DNA of 64,000 nt. It comes from Candidatus Gastranaerophilales bacterium. GTDB taxonomy: Bacteria > Cyanobacteriota > Vampirovibrionia > Gastranaerophilales > Gastranaerophilaceae. Numbering within the stretch: the first letter of the stretch is position 1; each line of letters starts with the position of its first letter. Of the stretch, positions 28,961 through 39,112 are shown piece after piece. The stretch is from the NCBI GenBank assembly GCA_947589115.1, contig CANPZP010000003.1, forward strand, positions 355 to 64,354, written 5' to 3'. The translations under genes were made by a program, and so were the position numbers. The notes under the pieces were generated by a model, which was given only the letters and a program-made list of their open reading frames with translations, did no database searches and was not told where the DNA came from.

Positions 28961-29287
28961 TTATGCGATTGAAGAAGTTGATGATGTGCTGCATCCTGCT
29001 GCTGAGCTTGCTGCTACAGTGCTTGCATAACTTGATGTTGCATTCATCGATGCTAAACGTGATGAATTAAAACCTATATTAAATTGTGCATATGCTAATG
29101 TTCCGGTTGTTTCATTATTATAATTTTGGGGTACAGATGCAACTTTTTGTTCTTCTCTTCTTGTATTAACTACCGGTTGTTCATTTCTTGCTACCGAACC
29201 TGTTGTTTCTGCTCCGAAAGATTTTTTTGCTGCCGTTGATGCAAATGTTTGATAACCTGTTTGATTTACTGCTGAAAATAATGACAT
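28961..29287 (-). CDS. Small S/T/A-rich low-complexity protein
   Basis: 108-aa ORF ending ..SSYASTVAASSAAGCSTSSTSSIA; RBS-like GGAGAG upstream. Confidence 0.45.
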   Translation of the reverse strand: MSLFSAVNQTGYQTFASTAAKKSFGAETTGSVARNEQPVVNTRREEQKVASVPQNYNNETTGTLAYAQFNIGFNSSRLASMNATSSYASTVAASSAAGCSTSSTSSIA

Positions 29288-29477
29288 AATATACTCTCCT
29301 AAATTTTATATATTTTATATATCGTATTTATATAAAAACATTTTTAAAAGCATAATTTCAGAATTGATTCATTTTGTTACAATTCGTAATATAATGTTCT
29401 ATATTACTTATAAAATAGTATTTTTTGGAGTTTATTTATGGTTTAATTTAGGAAGTAAATATTAAACGGAGTCGTAT

Positions 29478-30749
29478 ATGAAAATATTAAATATAGGTAT
29501 GATAGGCTTTGGTACTGTAGGAACAGGGGTATATAAAGTACTGCAGTCATTTAAAAATATAAATATAAAAAAGATAGCGGTAAAAAATATAAATAAGAAG
29601 CGTAATGTAGAAAATTTTGATGAAAAATTATTAACTTCAGATGCATACGAGATAGTAAATAATCCGGAAATTGATATTGTAGTTGAGGTATCAGGCGGAA
29701 CAGACCCAACTTATGACTTATTAAAAACAGCCATAAATAACGGGAAGCATATTGTAACTGCGAATAAGGAACTATTAGCAAAAAAAGGAAGTGAATTATT
29801 TAAACTAGCCCAAGAAAAAAATGTGGTAATACTTTATGAAGCTGCTGTAGCAGGAGGTATTCCCATAATCATGCCTATAAAAACAATATTATGTGCTAAT
29901 AAACTTACAAAAATTGCAGGAATATTAAACGGAACGACTAATTATATATTAACTAAAATGGCAGAAAAAGATTTATCATACGAAACAGCACTAAAACAAG
30001 CGCAAGAATTAGGATATGCCGAAACCGATCCTACAGGGGATGTTAAAGGCTTTGATGCCGCTTATAAAATAGCCATTCTGGCATCAATATCTTTTAATAA
30101 AAAAATAGATATAAATAAAATATACAAGGAAGGAATAACCAAAATTACGGAGCAGGATATAAAATCAGCGAAGGAATTAGGATACAGAATAAAGCTTATA
30201 GCTTTAGCTCAAATGTCGGATAAAGGAGAAGTAGATGTAAGAGTTCATCCCATGCTTGTATCAAAGAAGCATTTACTTGCAAAAGTTAATAATGCAACAA
30301 ATTCCGTAATGATAAGCGGATATCCCGTGGGAGATTTAGCGTTTACCGGGCCGGGTGCAGGTTCCGAACCGACCTCAAGTTCCGTAGCAGGTGATATTCT
30401 GGTTTTAGCTTCCGAGTTAGAAGCTTCTGACAAACCTATTCCTTTATATGTAAGGAATCAAACGGAAATTGCAAATCAAATTGATATATCAGAAACTTAT
30501 AATGAATATTATATTTCCGTTACGGCAAGTAACAACCCGGGTGCAATCGGGGTTGCGGGAACTATATGCGGTAATAATAACATTAATATTTCAACTATTA
30601 TGCAAAAGGGTATCAATGAAGATAATACAGCTGAAATTGTTGTTATTACGGAAAGAAGCAAAGAATCCGATGTTCAAAATGCTTTAAAAGAGCTTTTAAA
30701 TACGGATTGTATAAAAAAGATAAATAACCTTTTAAGGGTAATGAATTAG
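29478..30749 (+). CDS. hom: Homoserine dehydrogenase with C-terminal ACT domain
   Basis: IGMIGFGTVGTGV Rossmann motif, NGTTNYIL, and AETDPTGDV.G.DAA.K. Confidence 0.9.
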   Translation: MKILNIGMIGFGTVGTGVYKVLQSFKNINIKKIAVKNINKKRNVENFDEKLLTSDAYEIVNNPEIDIVVEVSGGTDPTYDLLKTAINNGKHIVTANKELLAKKGSELFKLAQEKNVVILYEAAVAGGIPIIMPIKTILCANKLTKIAGILNGTTNYILTKMAEKDLSYETALKQAQELGYAETDPTGDVKGFDAAYKIAILASISFNKKIDINKIYKEGITKITEQDIKSAKELGYRIKLIALAQMSDKGEVDVRVHPMLVSKKHLLAKVNNATNSVMISGYPVGDLAFTGPGAGSEPTSSSVAGDILVLASELEASDKPIPLYVRNQTEIANQIDISETYNEYYISVTASNNPGAIGVAGTICGNNNINISTIMQKGINEDNTAEIVVITERSKESDVQNALKELLNTDCIKKINNLLRVMN

Positions 30750-30758
30750 GAGGCAATA

Positions 30759-31826
30759 ATGGAAAAAAATCATTATCAAGGATTAATAAATAAATACAGA
30801 CAATATTTACCTGTCGGAGAAAATACACCCGTAATTACATTAAATGAAGGTAATACTCCGTTAATAAAAGCAGATAATTTAGCAAAAAAGATAGGAATAA
30901 AAGCGAATATATATTTAAAATATGAAGGAGCAAATCCGACCGGCAGTTTTAAAGACAGGGGCATGACAATGGCTGTTACAAAGGCTGTAGAGGACGGTTC
31001 AAAAGCGATTATATGTGCTTCTACAGGTAATACAAGTGCTGCGGCTGCAGCTTACGGCGCTAAAGCGGGACTTAGAGTTTTTGTACTTATTCCTGACGGA
31101 TATATTGCACTCGGAAAGCTTTCTCAAGCCATGATGTACGGGGCTGAAATCATTGCAATACAAGGAAATTTTGATGAAGCGCTGGAAATGGTTATTGAGA
31201 TTTCCAAAAATTCGCCTATTACATTGGTTAATTCAGTTAATCCATACAGAATTGAAGGTCAAAAAACAGGGGCATTTGAGATAATAGAGGCATTAGGTGA
31301 TGCACCTGACTATCACTTTATACCTGTAGGAAATGCAGGAAATATTACGGCTTATTTCAAAGGATATGAGGAATTTTATGCACTTCATAATTCAACTCAT
31401 TTACCGAAGATGATGGGATATGAAGCTGAAGGTGCAGCTGCCATTGTCAAAGGCGAGAGAATACTTCATCCTGAAACCATTGCAACGGCAATAAGAATAG
31501 GTAATCCTGCAAGCTGGAAACAGGCAGAAAGAGCAAGAGATTTGTCTGACGGTACTATTGATTGCGTTTCCGATAATGAGATTATTGAGGCATATAAATT
31601 ATTAGCTTCAACTGAAGGTTTATTAGCGGAACCCGGTTCTATTGCATCAGTTGCAGGTTTAATTAAAGCTCACAAGCAAGGTTTAATCAAAGAAGATTCA
31701 ACATGTGTATGTATTTTAACAGGTAACGGGCTGAAAGATCCTGATAGCGCCATTAAATATGCAGGAGCTGAAGTTAAGAAAACACCTGCCGATTTACATG
31801 AAATTCTTAAAGTGATAAATTTATAA
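30759..31826 (+). CDS. thrC: Threonine synthase
   Basis: PLP-lysine motif NPTGSFKDRG; TGNTSAAAAAY. Confidence 0.9.
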   Translation: MEKNHYQGLINKYRQYLPVGENTPVITLNEGNTPLIKADNLAKKIGIKANIYLKYEGANPTGSFKDRGMTMAVTKAVEDGSKAIICASTGNTSAAAAAYGAKAGLRVFVLIPDGYIALGKLSQAMMYGAEIIAIQGNFDEALEMVIEISKNSPITLVNSVNPYRIEGQKTGAFEIIEALGDAPDYHFIPVGNAGNITAYFKGYEEFYALHNSTHLPKMMGYEAEGAAAIVKGERILHPETIATAIRIGNPASWKQAERARDLSDGTIDCVSDNEIIEAYKLLASTEGLLAEPGSIASVAGLIKAHKQGLIKEDSTCVCILTGNGLKDPDSAIKYAGAEVKKTPADLHEILKVINL

Positions 31827-31830
31827 TTAA

Positions 31831-32580
31831 ATGTATAAAAACCTTAAAGGAAATATTCATTCTGTAGAAACTTTCGGAACGGTTGACGGTCCGGGTATTC
31901 GTATGGTAGTTTTCTTGCAAGGCTGTCCTATGAGATGCAGGTATTGTCATAATCCCGATACTTGGGAATATTCGGATAATCAACAATTATCGGTTGATGA
32001 TATTCTTTCAAAATACAATAGTATTAAGGAGTTTCTAAGAAATGGAGGTATCACTTTATCAGGAGGCGAACCTCTTTTACAAATTGATTTTGTTACAGAA
32101 CTTTTTAAGGCTGCCAAAAGTTATAATATTCATACTGCGCTTGATACTTCAGGAATTTTATTTGATAAAAATAATACTTCGAAATTTGACGAACTTATAA
32201 AATATACTGACCTCGTTTTACTGGATATAAAACATATTAATGACGAAGAACACAAAAAACTGACTAATTTTTCAAATAAAAACTGTCTGTCCTTTGCTGA
32301 ATATCTGTCGGATAATAATGTTCCCGTTTGGATTAGGCATGTTCTTGTGCCGGGTATAACTGACAAAGAAGAATATTTAAAATCTTTAGGACTATTTTTA
32401 ACTTCTCTAAAAAATATTAAAGCTATTGATATTTTACCTTATCATGATATGGCAAAAGAAAAATATAAAAAATTAAATATAAAGTATCCTTTAGAGAATA
32501 TACGAACCGCAACTAAAGATGATGTTATTAAAGCGACTAAAATCCTCCAAGTAAAATTATTATACAAAACATCACAATAA
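31831..32580 (+). CDS. pflA: Glycyl-radical enzyme activating enzyme (pyruvate formate-lyase activase type)
   Basis: GNIHSVETFGTVDGPGIRMVVFLQGCPMRCRYCHNPDTW (radical SAM CxxxCxxC). Confidence 0.85.
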   Translation: MYKNLKGNIHSVETFGTVDGPGIRMVVFLQGCPMRCRYCHNPDTWEYSDNQQLSVDDILSKYNSIKEFLRNGGITLSGGEPLLQIDFVTELFKAAKSYNIHTALDTSGILFDKNNTSKFDELIKYTDLVLLDIKHINDEEHKKLTNFSNKNCLSFAEYLSDNNVPVWIRHVLVPGITDKEEYLKSLGLFLTSLKNIKAIDILPYHDMAKEKYKKLNIKYPLENIRTATKDDVIKATKILQVKLLYKTSQ

Positions 32581-33217
32581 ACAGGAATATTATAATGTGT
32601 AACTTATTAATTTTTTTTCGGTATTTACCGGTTTCTAAAAATTTATTTATTTCTTCCAGCGCAAAGATGTCATTACCATCTATTTTATAATTCGTTTCAC
32701 ATAATGTTTTAAAGTATTTTATTAATTCTATAACATAACTATAATATTCATCATCATATCTAACTTCAATCGCCTTTCGTGATAGATTATAAGATTGCTT
32801 CATTTTATTTTTAAGGTTGAAAGTTAATACGGTAGCACATTCAGTTAGGTTAACCGAGACTAAAGAATTATTTTTTACGTTTGATTCAATATTGACAGAA
32901 TCAATATCAAATAGACTTATGTAATCAATATAATCAATTTTAAATAAAAACCTGTGAACCACCTGAATTTGGCAATCTTTAATAACAATAGTTGAAATAT
33001 ATTTTTTTCTTTTAAATATATCTAAACAAGTATAACCAACTACTAACCAACCTGCAATTACTATCATTGTATTGGTTTTAATGGTATCATATTTCATATA
33101 TTCCTGTAATGAATACCATACTATAGGTATAATAGCTATTATAAAGGTAAGTAAGATAAATATTTCTTTTTTGTAGGGTATAATTTCTATAATTAGACCG
33201 TTTTTTTGTTTAAACAT
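32537..33217 (-). CDS. Membrane protein, paralog 2 (MFKQKN family)
   Basis: 2 N-terminal TMs, a soluble domain and a C-terminal TM. It shares MFKQKN, LTFNL.N....Y.LS and ETNY...GND with the upstream gene. Confidence 0.65.
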   Translation of the reverse strand: MFKQKNGLIIEIIPYKKEIFILLTFIIAIIPIVWYSLQEYMKYDTIKTNTMIVIAGWLVVGYTCLDIFKRKKYISTIVIKDCQIQVVHRFLFKIDYIDYISLFDIDSVNIESNVKNNSLVSVNLTECATVLTFNLKNKMKQSYNLSRKAIEVRYDDEYYSYVIELIKYFKTLCETNYKIDGNDIFALEEINKFLETGKYRKKINKLHIIIFLFIVMFCIIILLGGF

Positions 33218-33235
33218 TACCTGAACATTCTTTCC

Positions 33236-33970
33236 TTATCTTAATACCAAAAAAATATATATTATAAAAGCAAATAATATCACCAGTAAACAGATTAAAA
33301 TACTTGACCAAAAATCAGGCTTCTTTTTTATTAATTTTTTGCCAAATTTTAAATATGAATTAATATAATTCAGAATATAAGCATCATTTCCGGAAAATTC
33401 GTAATTAGTTTCAAAAATTGGTGAAAAAGTTTTAATAATTTCTAAAATATAATCAAAAGATTTTGTGTCTGATGATGTATAACTTAATTTATAAGTTTCA
33501 CTTTTATTATTTGTCAAATTAAAAGTAAGTTCAGACGAACAAATACCTATTCTTGCATTTGATTCACGTTGATACTTTGAGCTGTGGTAATATTCTCCAA
33601 GTGACATTGTTTTAATATTTGAGTGAATATTTAAAGATTTAATATCTTTTATATGAATTTTTTTTACATTTTTAATTCTTGAACCATGCCTGTATATAAC
33701 TTCAATACAACTGTTTTTTATATTAATATCCGATATGTAATCATACAATAAATCGTCAGCCAATAAATTCTTTATAAAATATGTTATTAACATAACAAGC
33801 CCATAAAGAATCATTACTATGACTAATAACATTTCAAACTCAATGTTACGAATACATAAAAAAACATAAGAAAACGGTATAAAAGATGCGAATGCAAGGA
33901 TTAAACCTATAACATACAAAATTTTTACCGAGTGTTCTCTTTTTATTTTTATATTTTTTTGTTTAAACAC
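33236..33970 (-). CDS. Membrane protein, paralog 1 (MFKQKN family)
   Basis: Same architecture as paralog 2; it starts 28 nt after the SNF2 stop. Confidence 0.65.
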   Translation of the reverse strand: MFKQKNIKIKREHSVKILYVIGLILAFASFIPFSYVFLCIRNIEFEMLLVIVMILYGLVMLITYFIKNLLADDLLYDYISDINIKNSCIEVIYRHGSRIKNVKKIHIKDIKSLNIHSNIKTMSLGEYYHSSKYQRESNARIGICSSELTFNLTNNKSETYKLSYTSSDTKSFDYILEIIKTFSPIFETNYEFSGNDAYILNYINSYLKFGKKLIKKKPDFWSSILICLLVILFAFIIYIFLVLR

Positions 33971-33998
33971 TTTATTGCCTTTCTAAGTAAAGATAAAA

Positions 33999-36998
33999 CT
34001 AATTTCCCAAACTGAAAATTTTATAAATTTCATCATCAGAAAGCTCTGTAATAACTTTTTCACCCTCAAAAACAGCCAGATTAACAAGTTGTTTTTTTTG
34101 TTTAATCATTTCATCTATTTTTTCTTCAAAAGTACCTAAAGTAACGAGTCTGTGAACCATGACATTTTTATTTTGACCTATACGATAGCTTCTGTCTGTT
34201 GCCTGTTCTTCAACGGCAGGATTCCACCATAAATCATAATGTATTACGTTTGTTGCGGAAGTCAAATTTAAGCCTGTACCTCCCGCTTTTAAGGATAACA
34301 ACATTATTTTCTGCTCCGGATTCGTTTCAAATTCCTGTATCATATTTTGTCTTTGATTTGTATTTAATGAACCGTGGAAAAATAACGGAGTTATATTTAA
34401 TTCATTTTGAATTATGGTCGACAGAATATTACCCATTTCTTTATACTGAGTAAATGCAATAACTTTTTCATCATTTTGAAAAATTTGTGATAAAAGGGAA
34501 ATAAATTTTTCAGTTTTTCCTGAAACATCTTTTGTCATTTCACCGTATTTAAGGTATTGAAAAGGATGATTGCATATTTGTTTTAAAGCCGTAATAAGTT
34601 TAAAAATAACTCCTTTTCTTGTAATGCCTTTTTGCCCCGAAATATCATTCATTAAAGTATTCAATGTTCTTTCATACAGTGCTGCTTGTGTTTTAGTTAA
34701 ATAACAGTATTCATCAAGCACCATTTTTTCAGGCAAATCATCAATAATTGTTTTATCCGTTTTTAATCGTCTTAAAACAAACGGGGATATAGAAAGTTTT
34801 AATTTATCAGCCTGTTCATACTGTTTAAATCGTTCTATCGGAATGGCGTAGCATTTTTGGAAATCTCTTATTGAACCTAAGTAACCTTTGTTTATAAAAT
34901 CAAAAATACTCCAAAGCTCCGTAAGTTTGTTTTCAACAGGAGTACCGGTCATAGCTATTTTTATATCCGATTTTAACGACTTAACGGCAACGGTTTGTGA
35001 GGTATCGGGATTCTTTATGTTTTGAGCTTCATCAACCACTACCATACCCCAATTTGTTTTTTTGATTTCTTCTATATCAATACGTAAAATAGCAAAAGTT
35101 GTAACTAATACATCCGCTTTTAAATCCAGTTTTCTGTCAAGTCCGTGGTATGAAGCAGCTTTAAGTTTTGGTGCAAACATATTCAATTCTTTTAACCAAT
35201 TACCCATAAGAGTTGTAGGGCATATTACCAAAACCGGAGATTTCAATTTATCTTCTTCTTTTAATTTTAATATTAAACTTATTACCTGAATTGTTTTACC
35301 TAAACCCATATCGTCAGCTATACAAGAGCCGAATCCTTTTAATGTATTAGTATATAACCATTTTAAGCCGTTTTTCTGATAGGGCCTTAATTCTCCGTTT
35401 AATGTTTCAGGCGGTGTTACTTCCGTTATTTTCCCTATATCTTTAATTATACTTGCAAATGCCTCATCATAATCAAATTCATATTCATTCATATGCCCTG
35501 AGAATGCGGCATGAAGCATTTCCATCCTTGTTATTTTATCAATTTTAGGATGCTTTAATTTATTTATTATTGATTGTGCTTCGTTTTGGTCTATTAATAC
35601 ATATTTATTTTTAAATTCTATTATTCCGTTTGCATTTTCTATTAATTTTTCAAATTCTTCAACGGATATTTTTTCATCTCCTATTGCAACCTGGAATGAA
35701 AAATCAAATATTCCCGAAAGACTTATATTTGTGCTTTTTCCGTTTAAAATATCTTCAACTTCCTGTTTTCTTGATGTTTTTATTTTTGCATTTATTGATG
35801 CTCTGGGTACCGCTATATTACCAAAATTCGGCGGGAAATTAATATTTATACCTGCTTTTGTCAGATAATACGCCGTATGTATCATCAATTTATATACGTC
35901 ATTCAAAGTTAAATATAATTTTAAATTATCTTCATCTTCAAATAGAGTTTCCAGCTCTTTATAATATCTGATTGCATAATTTAACTGCTTTTCGACTATA
36001 TTTATCAAATATGTATTTTGATATCCCCAATAAGTACCCTCTTTATATATATCTAATAATTCTTTTTTCGGTTCTTTGGCATTTAATTTTTCATCATTTG
36101 CTTTTACCGAAATTGTTAATACAAACTTATCTTCATCTATTTTTTCAATATCAAATTGAGGGCTTACGGGGTATTTACCTATATATATTTCATCCAGCCA
36201 TTCGCTTATGGCATCCGCCAAATCTAAATTTCTTATATATCTTTTGTTATTTACGGGTTTCAGAAAATATACAGAAGAATCTATATCTTTAAATTTATAC
36301 GCTTTAATTTTTAAAAATAGAAACAGTACATAATTTAAGTAATTTTCCAATAATACATTAACTATAGTTTTATCATTGGATATTTTCGAAAAATTCATGG
36401 AATATACTTCATCCAAAGAATCCTGGAGCCTGTTATTTATAGCAAACATTTCATAAGTAATATGAAAAAAATTATCGGTTTTATTAACTTTAGGAAGAAA
36501 GTATAACTTTTCAACAAGTTTTTTAACAAACATTGTCAGAACATTAAATATTTTAAATGATTCTGATATATTAGGATTTTCTATTACGGAATCAAACCCC
36601 GAAAAATATTCCCAAATAAGCTCTAACGGGATTTTATATCCTATTTTTTCAATTTGTTCACCATTTTCAAAAACACTACAGGCGCAAGAAGAAAATCTAT
36701 ACATTGAACCTTTTGATTTAAGATAAAAGTCAAAGTTATTGGTAGGCGTAACAAATACCTGTATTTGTTTACCCTCTTTCAGTATGTAAAACTCGGTATT
36801 TTTAATAACATTGCTGGAATTTTGGAAAGTAGATGCAAATTCATCCTCCACTAATTGATAAATGGTGCTAATCATCAATCTGAAATCTTTTTTTTCACAG
36901 CCTAACGGATTTTCAGTTAAGTTATGAAACATTTCATCTATATCATTTTTCTTAAACGAAAAGGAAAATTTATTATCTAAAGGTGTTTCGACTGCCAT
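33999..36998 (-). CDS. SNF2-family helicase with SNF2-associated N-terminal region (YwqA/RapA-like)
   Basis: LRPYQKNGLKWL, ADDMGLGKT, DEAQNIKN, helicase-C QATDRSYRIGQ; FDFSFQVAIGDEKISVEEFEKL is an SNF2-associated domain-like block. Confidence 0.85.
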   Translation of the reverse strand: MAVETPLDNKFSFSFKKNDIDEMFHNLTENPLGCEKKDFRLMISTIYQLVEDEFASTFQNSSNVIKNTEFYILKEGKQIQVFVTPTNNFDFYLKSKGSMYRFSSCACSVFENGEQIEKIGYKIPLELIWEYFSGFDSVIENPNISESFKIFNVLTMFVKKLVEKLYFLPKVNKTDNFFHITYEMFAINNRLQDSLDEVYSMNFSKISNDKTIVNVLLENYLNYVLFLFLKIKAYKFKDIDSSVYFLKPVNNKRYIRNLDLADAISEWLDEIYIGKYPVSPQFDIEKIDEDKFVLTISVKANDEKLNAKEPKKELLDIYKEGTYWGYQNTYLINIVEKQLNYAIRYYKELETLFEDEDNLKLYLTLNDVYKLMIHTAYYLTKAGININFPPNFGNIAVPRASINAKIKTSRKQEVEDILNGKSTNISLSGIFDFSFQVAIGDEKISVEEFEKLIENANGIIEFKNKYVLIDQNEAQSIINKLKHPKIDKITRMEMLHAAFSGHMNEYEFDYDEAFASIIKDIGKITEVTPPETLNGELRPYQKNGLKWLYTNTLKGFGSCIADDMGLGKTIQVISLILKLKEEDKLKSPVLVICPTTLMGNWLKELNMFAPKLKAASYHGLDRKLDLKADVLVTTFAILRIDIEEIKKTNWGMVVVDEAQNIKNPDTSQTVAVKSLKSDIKIAMTGTPVENKLTELWSIFDFINKGYLGSIRDFQKCYAIPIERFKQYEQADKLKLSISPFVLRRLKTDKTIIDDLPEKMVLDEYCYLTKTQAALYERTLNTLMNDISGQKGITRKGVIFKLITALKQICNHPFQYLKYGEMTKDVSGKTEKFISLLSQIFQNDEKVIAFTQYKEMGNILSTIIQNELNITPLFFHGSLNTNQRQNMIQEFETNPEQKIMLLSLKAGGTGLNLTSATNVIHYDLWWNPAVEEQATDRSYRIGQNKNVMVHRLVTLGTFEEKIDEMIKQKKQLVNLAVFEGEKVITELSDDEIYKIFSLGN

Positions 36999-37046
36999 TT
37001 TTACCTCAAAAATCCAACCTTATTTACTTATTATACACTAAAAATC

Positions 37047-37065
37047 TTTCCCGGAAAACGGGAAA
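37047..37065. promoter_or_regulatory. 7-bp inverted repeat TTTCCCG-N5-CGGGAAA in the divergent SNF2 / SH3b-like promoter region
   Basis: Read directly; it is the only GC-containing palindrome in this 120-nt AT-rich spacer. Confidence 0.3.
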
Positions 37066-37118
37066 TTACTTTATAATTAAAAAATAGACATTATTTTATG
37101 CTTTGATATAATGTAATT

Positions 37119-37802
37119 ATGAAAAATGTAATATCTTTAATAATATTTTTAATACTGTCATTGTTTTGCATAACAATATTACCTGCAAAAGCCGATATAA
37201 TACCTTTGAGTTCAAATAGTATTAAATATTACGGCATAGGAGTATTAAACCTTCCTAAAAACTATAAAGTATACCAATATCCTTATTTTGATTCCAAAAT
37301 AATAAGAGAAGTAAACTATGAAAATATAAAAAAATCAGCCATAGTTAATACAATAGATATGAGGAAAGTATCATATATTGCATATATACCGTCAAATAAC
37401 ATTGCCCTGTTAACGGTAGATTTAAACCCCGGCAATGATTGGTACAGTGTTTTCATTAATCAGGAAACGGGTGAAACAGGCTGGGTTTATACAGAAGATA
37501 AAGATGCCTTTTTAACATACAAAGGACTGTTTTATAAGTACGGAAAACAATACGGAATAAGGATTTTCAGCGATATACCAAAAGAAAATAAAGTGCTTTA
37601 TTCCAAAGAAGATAAATCATCACAAGTATTACATGAATTATCTTATCCCAAATATATAAGTTTTACGGTTATACGAGGAAATTGGCTGCTTGCGGTAGTA
37701 AACGACTTAACAAAACAGGCTAAAGTCGGCTGGTTTAATTGGCGAAATGATAACGGCAGATTAAATATGTTCCCGAATCTTAAAGAACAACCCGCTAATT
37801 AA
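37119..37802 (+). CDS. Secreted protein, possible tandem SH3b-like domains
   Basis: Sec signal MKNVISLIIFLILSLFCITILPAKA; W..V......G.TGWVY-like blocks. Confidence 0.6.
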   Translation: MKNVISLIIFLILSLFCITILPAKADIIPLSSNSIKYYGIGVLNLPKNYKVYQYPYFDSKIIREVNYENIKKSAIVNTIDMRKVSYIAYIPSNNIALLTVDLNPGNDWYSVFINQETGETGWVYTEDKDAFLTYKGLFYKYGKQYGIRIFSDIPKENKVLYSKEDKSSQVLHELSYPKYISFTVIRGNWLLAVVNDLTKQAKVGWFNWRNDNGRLNMFPNLKEQPAN

Positions 37803-38065
37803 ACATTATCTTTATTATGGTCAGGTAAAGATGCCGCATATTCGGCAAGTATTCTTGCTATATCCGACCCTTTTATCACTACTTCAAGTATTAACTGTAC
37901 ATTAATTAATATTTTATCCGTATATTCCAGTTCATCAGTATCAAAAATTTCAAATTCAAGGAAGTCGAAACCCACATAATTTATTCTTCCGTATCCTTCA
38001 GAAGAACCCCATTTCATAAATACAAGCTGTCTTTCAAAAAGTTTTAATTTATCTGCCAATCTCAT
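37799..38065 (-). CDS. Small hypothetical protein
   Basis: 88-aa ORF with a GGAGA RBS; no recognised domain. Confidence 0.45.
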   Translation of the reverse strand: MRLADKLKLFERQLVFMKWGSSEGYGRINYVGFDFLEFEIFDTDELEYTDKILINVQLILEVVIKGSDIARILAEYAASLPDHNKDNV

Positions 38066-38230
38066 ATTACTATCTCCCTATACATATAATGATAATAATT
38101 TAATTTGTTTTGTCAATTAAACATATATTTGTAAATTTTAGTAATATTATTCTTTACAAACTAACTAAAAATATTTTGTTTTGGATTTTGTAATGATACT
38201 ATAAACAAAAAACAAATAAGGAAATAATTC

Positions 38231-39103
38231 ATGACAAATACATTGAGCCGAAGTATTGAAAAAGAACACGGATTTTATAATAAGTATTCCACCTTCCCTT
38301 TAACACAAACAGAAATAAAAAAAATTGAAATAAAATTAAAAAAAATATTTGAAGAAGAAATAAATTCTGAGAATCCCGTAGTAATAAGCTATAAACCGCA
38401 CGCCATATATAAAATGGCAAAATTTATAACCGGAGATATTAAGCGCAGTGCCTCAATAGGAATAGCAGGAGAAACGGCAAGCGGGAAATCTACTGTCACG
38501 CAGGACATTATTGATACTATTGAGCTTTTTGCAAAACTTTTTAATTTAGGAAGAGTTATAACTCGAGTAAATACGGATGATTATTACTATGACCGTTCGG
38601 AAGAAGTAAAAAAAGCCGGTTCAATGGCTGAATTTGCTAAAAATTATGATTTTGACGTTCCTGAAGCTCTGGAACTGGATTTAATGTACTCTCACATACT
38701 TAAACTGCTTTCAAATAAAGAAGTTATGCTTCCTAAATATGATATGTCGGGAACAACAATCAGATACGATAATTATACGCTTGCTAAACCTTCTAAAATA
38801 ATTATTTCTGAAGGATTATTTACTCTTACCGAAAAAATAAGAAATGCTTTTGATTTTAAACTTTATGTTGATATAGATTCAAATATTCAAAAAGAAAGAT
38901 TTTTTATAAGAGCTAATGAAAGAGGACTTGGTGAATCAGCAAACAGTATTTATGAAAATGCATCAAGAAAAGCTCAAATATATATAAGACCTGCAAGAGA
39001 TATTGCTGATATTGTTCTATCCGGTGCAGCGGACAGAAACAACTATAAAGTATTCCTCAATAAAATTCTTTCAGTTATTGAACAACTGCATTTTTCAAAA
39101 TAG
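38231..39103 (+). CDS. Uridine kinase / phosphoribulokinase-family P-loop kinase
   Basis: Walker A IGIAGETASGKST; ..DDYY.. motif. The N-terminal about 60 aa may be an ORF over-extension. Confidence 0.7.
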   Translation: MTNTLSRSIEKEHGFYNKYSTFPLTQTEIKKIEIKLKKIFEEEINSENPVVISYKPHAIYKMAKFITGDIKRSASIGIAGETASGKSTVTQDIIDTIELFAKLFNLGRVITRVNTDDYYYDRSEEVKKAGSMAEFAKNYDFDVPEALELDLMYSHILKLLSNKEVMLPKYDMSGTTIRYDNYTLAKPSKIIISEGLFTLTEKIRNAFDFKLYVDIDSNIQKERFFIRANERGLGESANSIYENASRKAQIYIRPARDIADIVLSGAADRNNYKVFLNKILSVIEQLHFSK

Positions 39104-39112
39104 GCTGAAACA

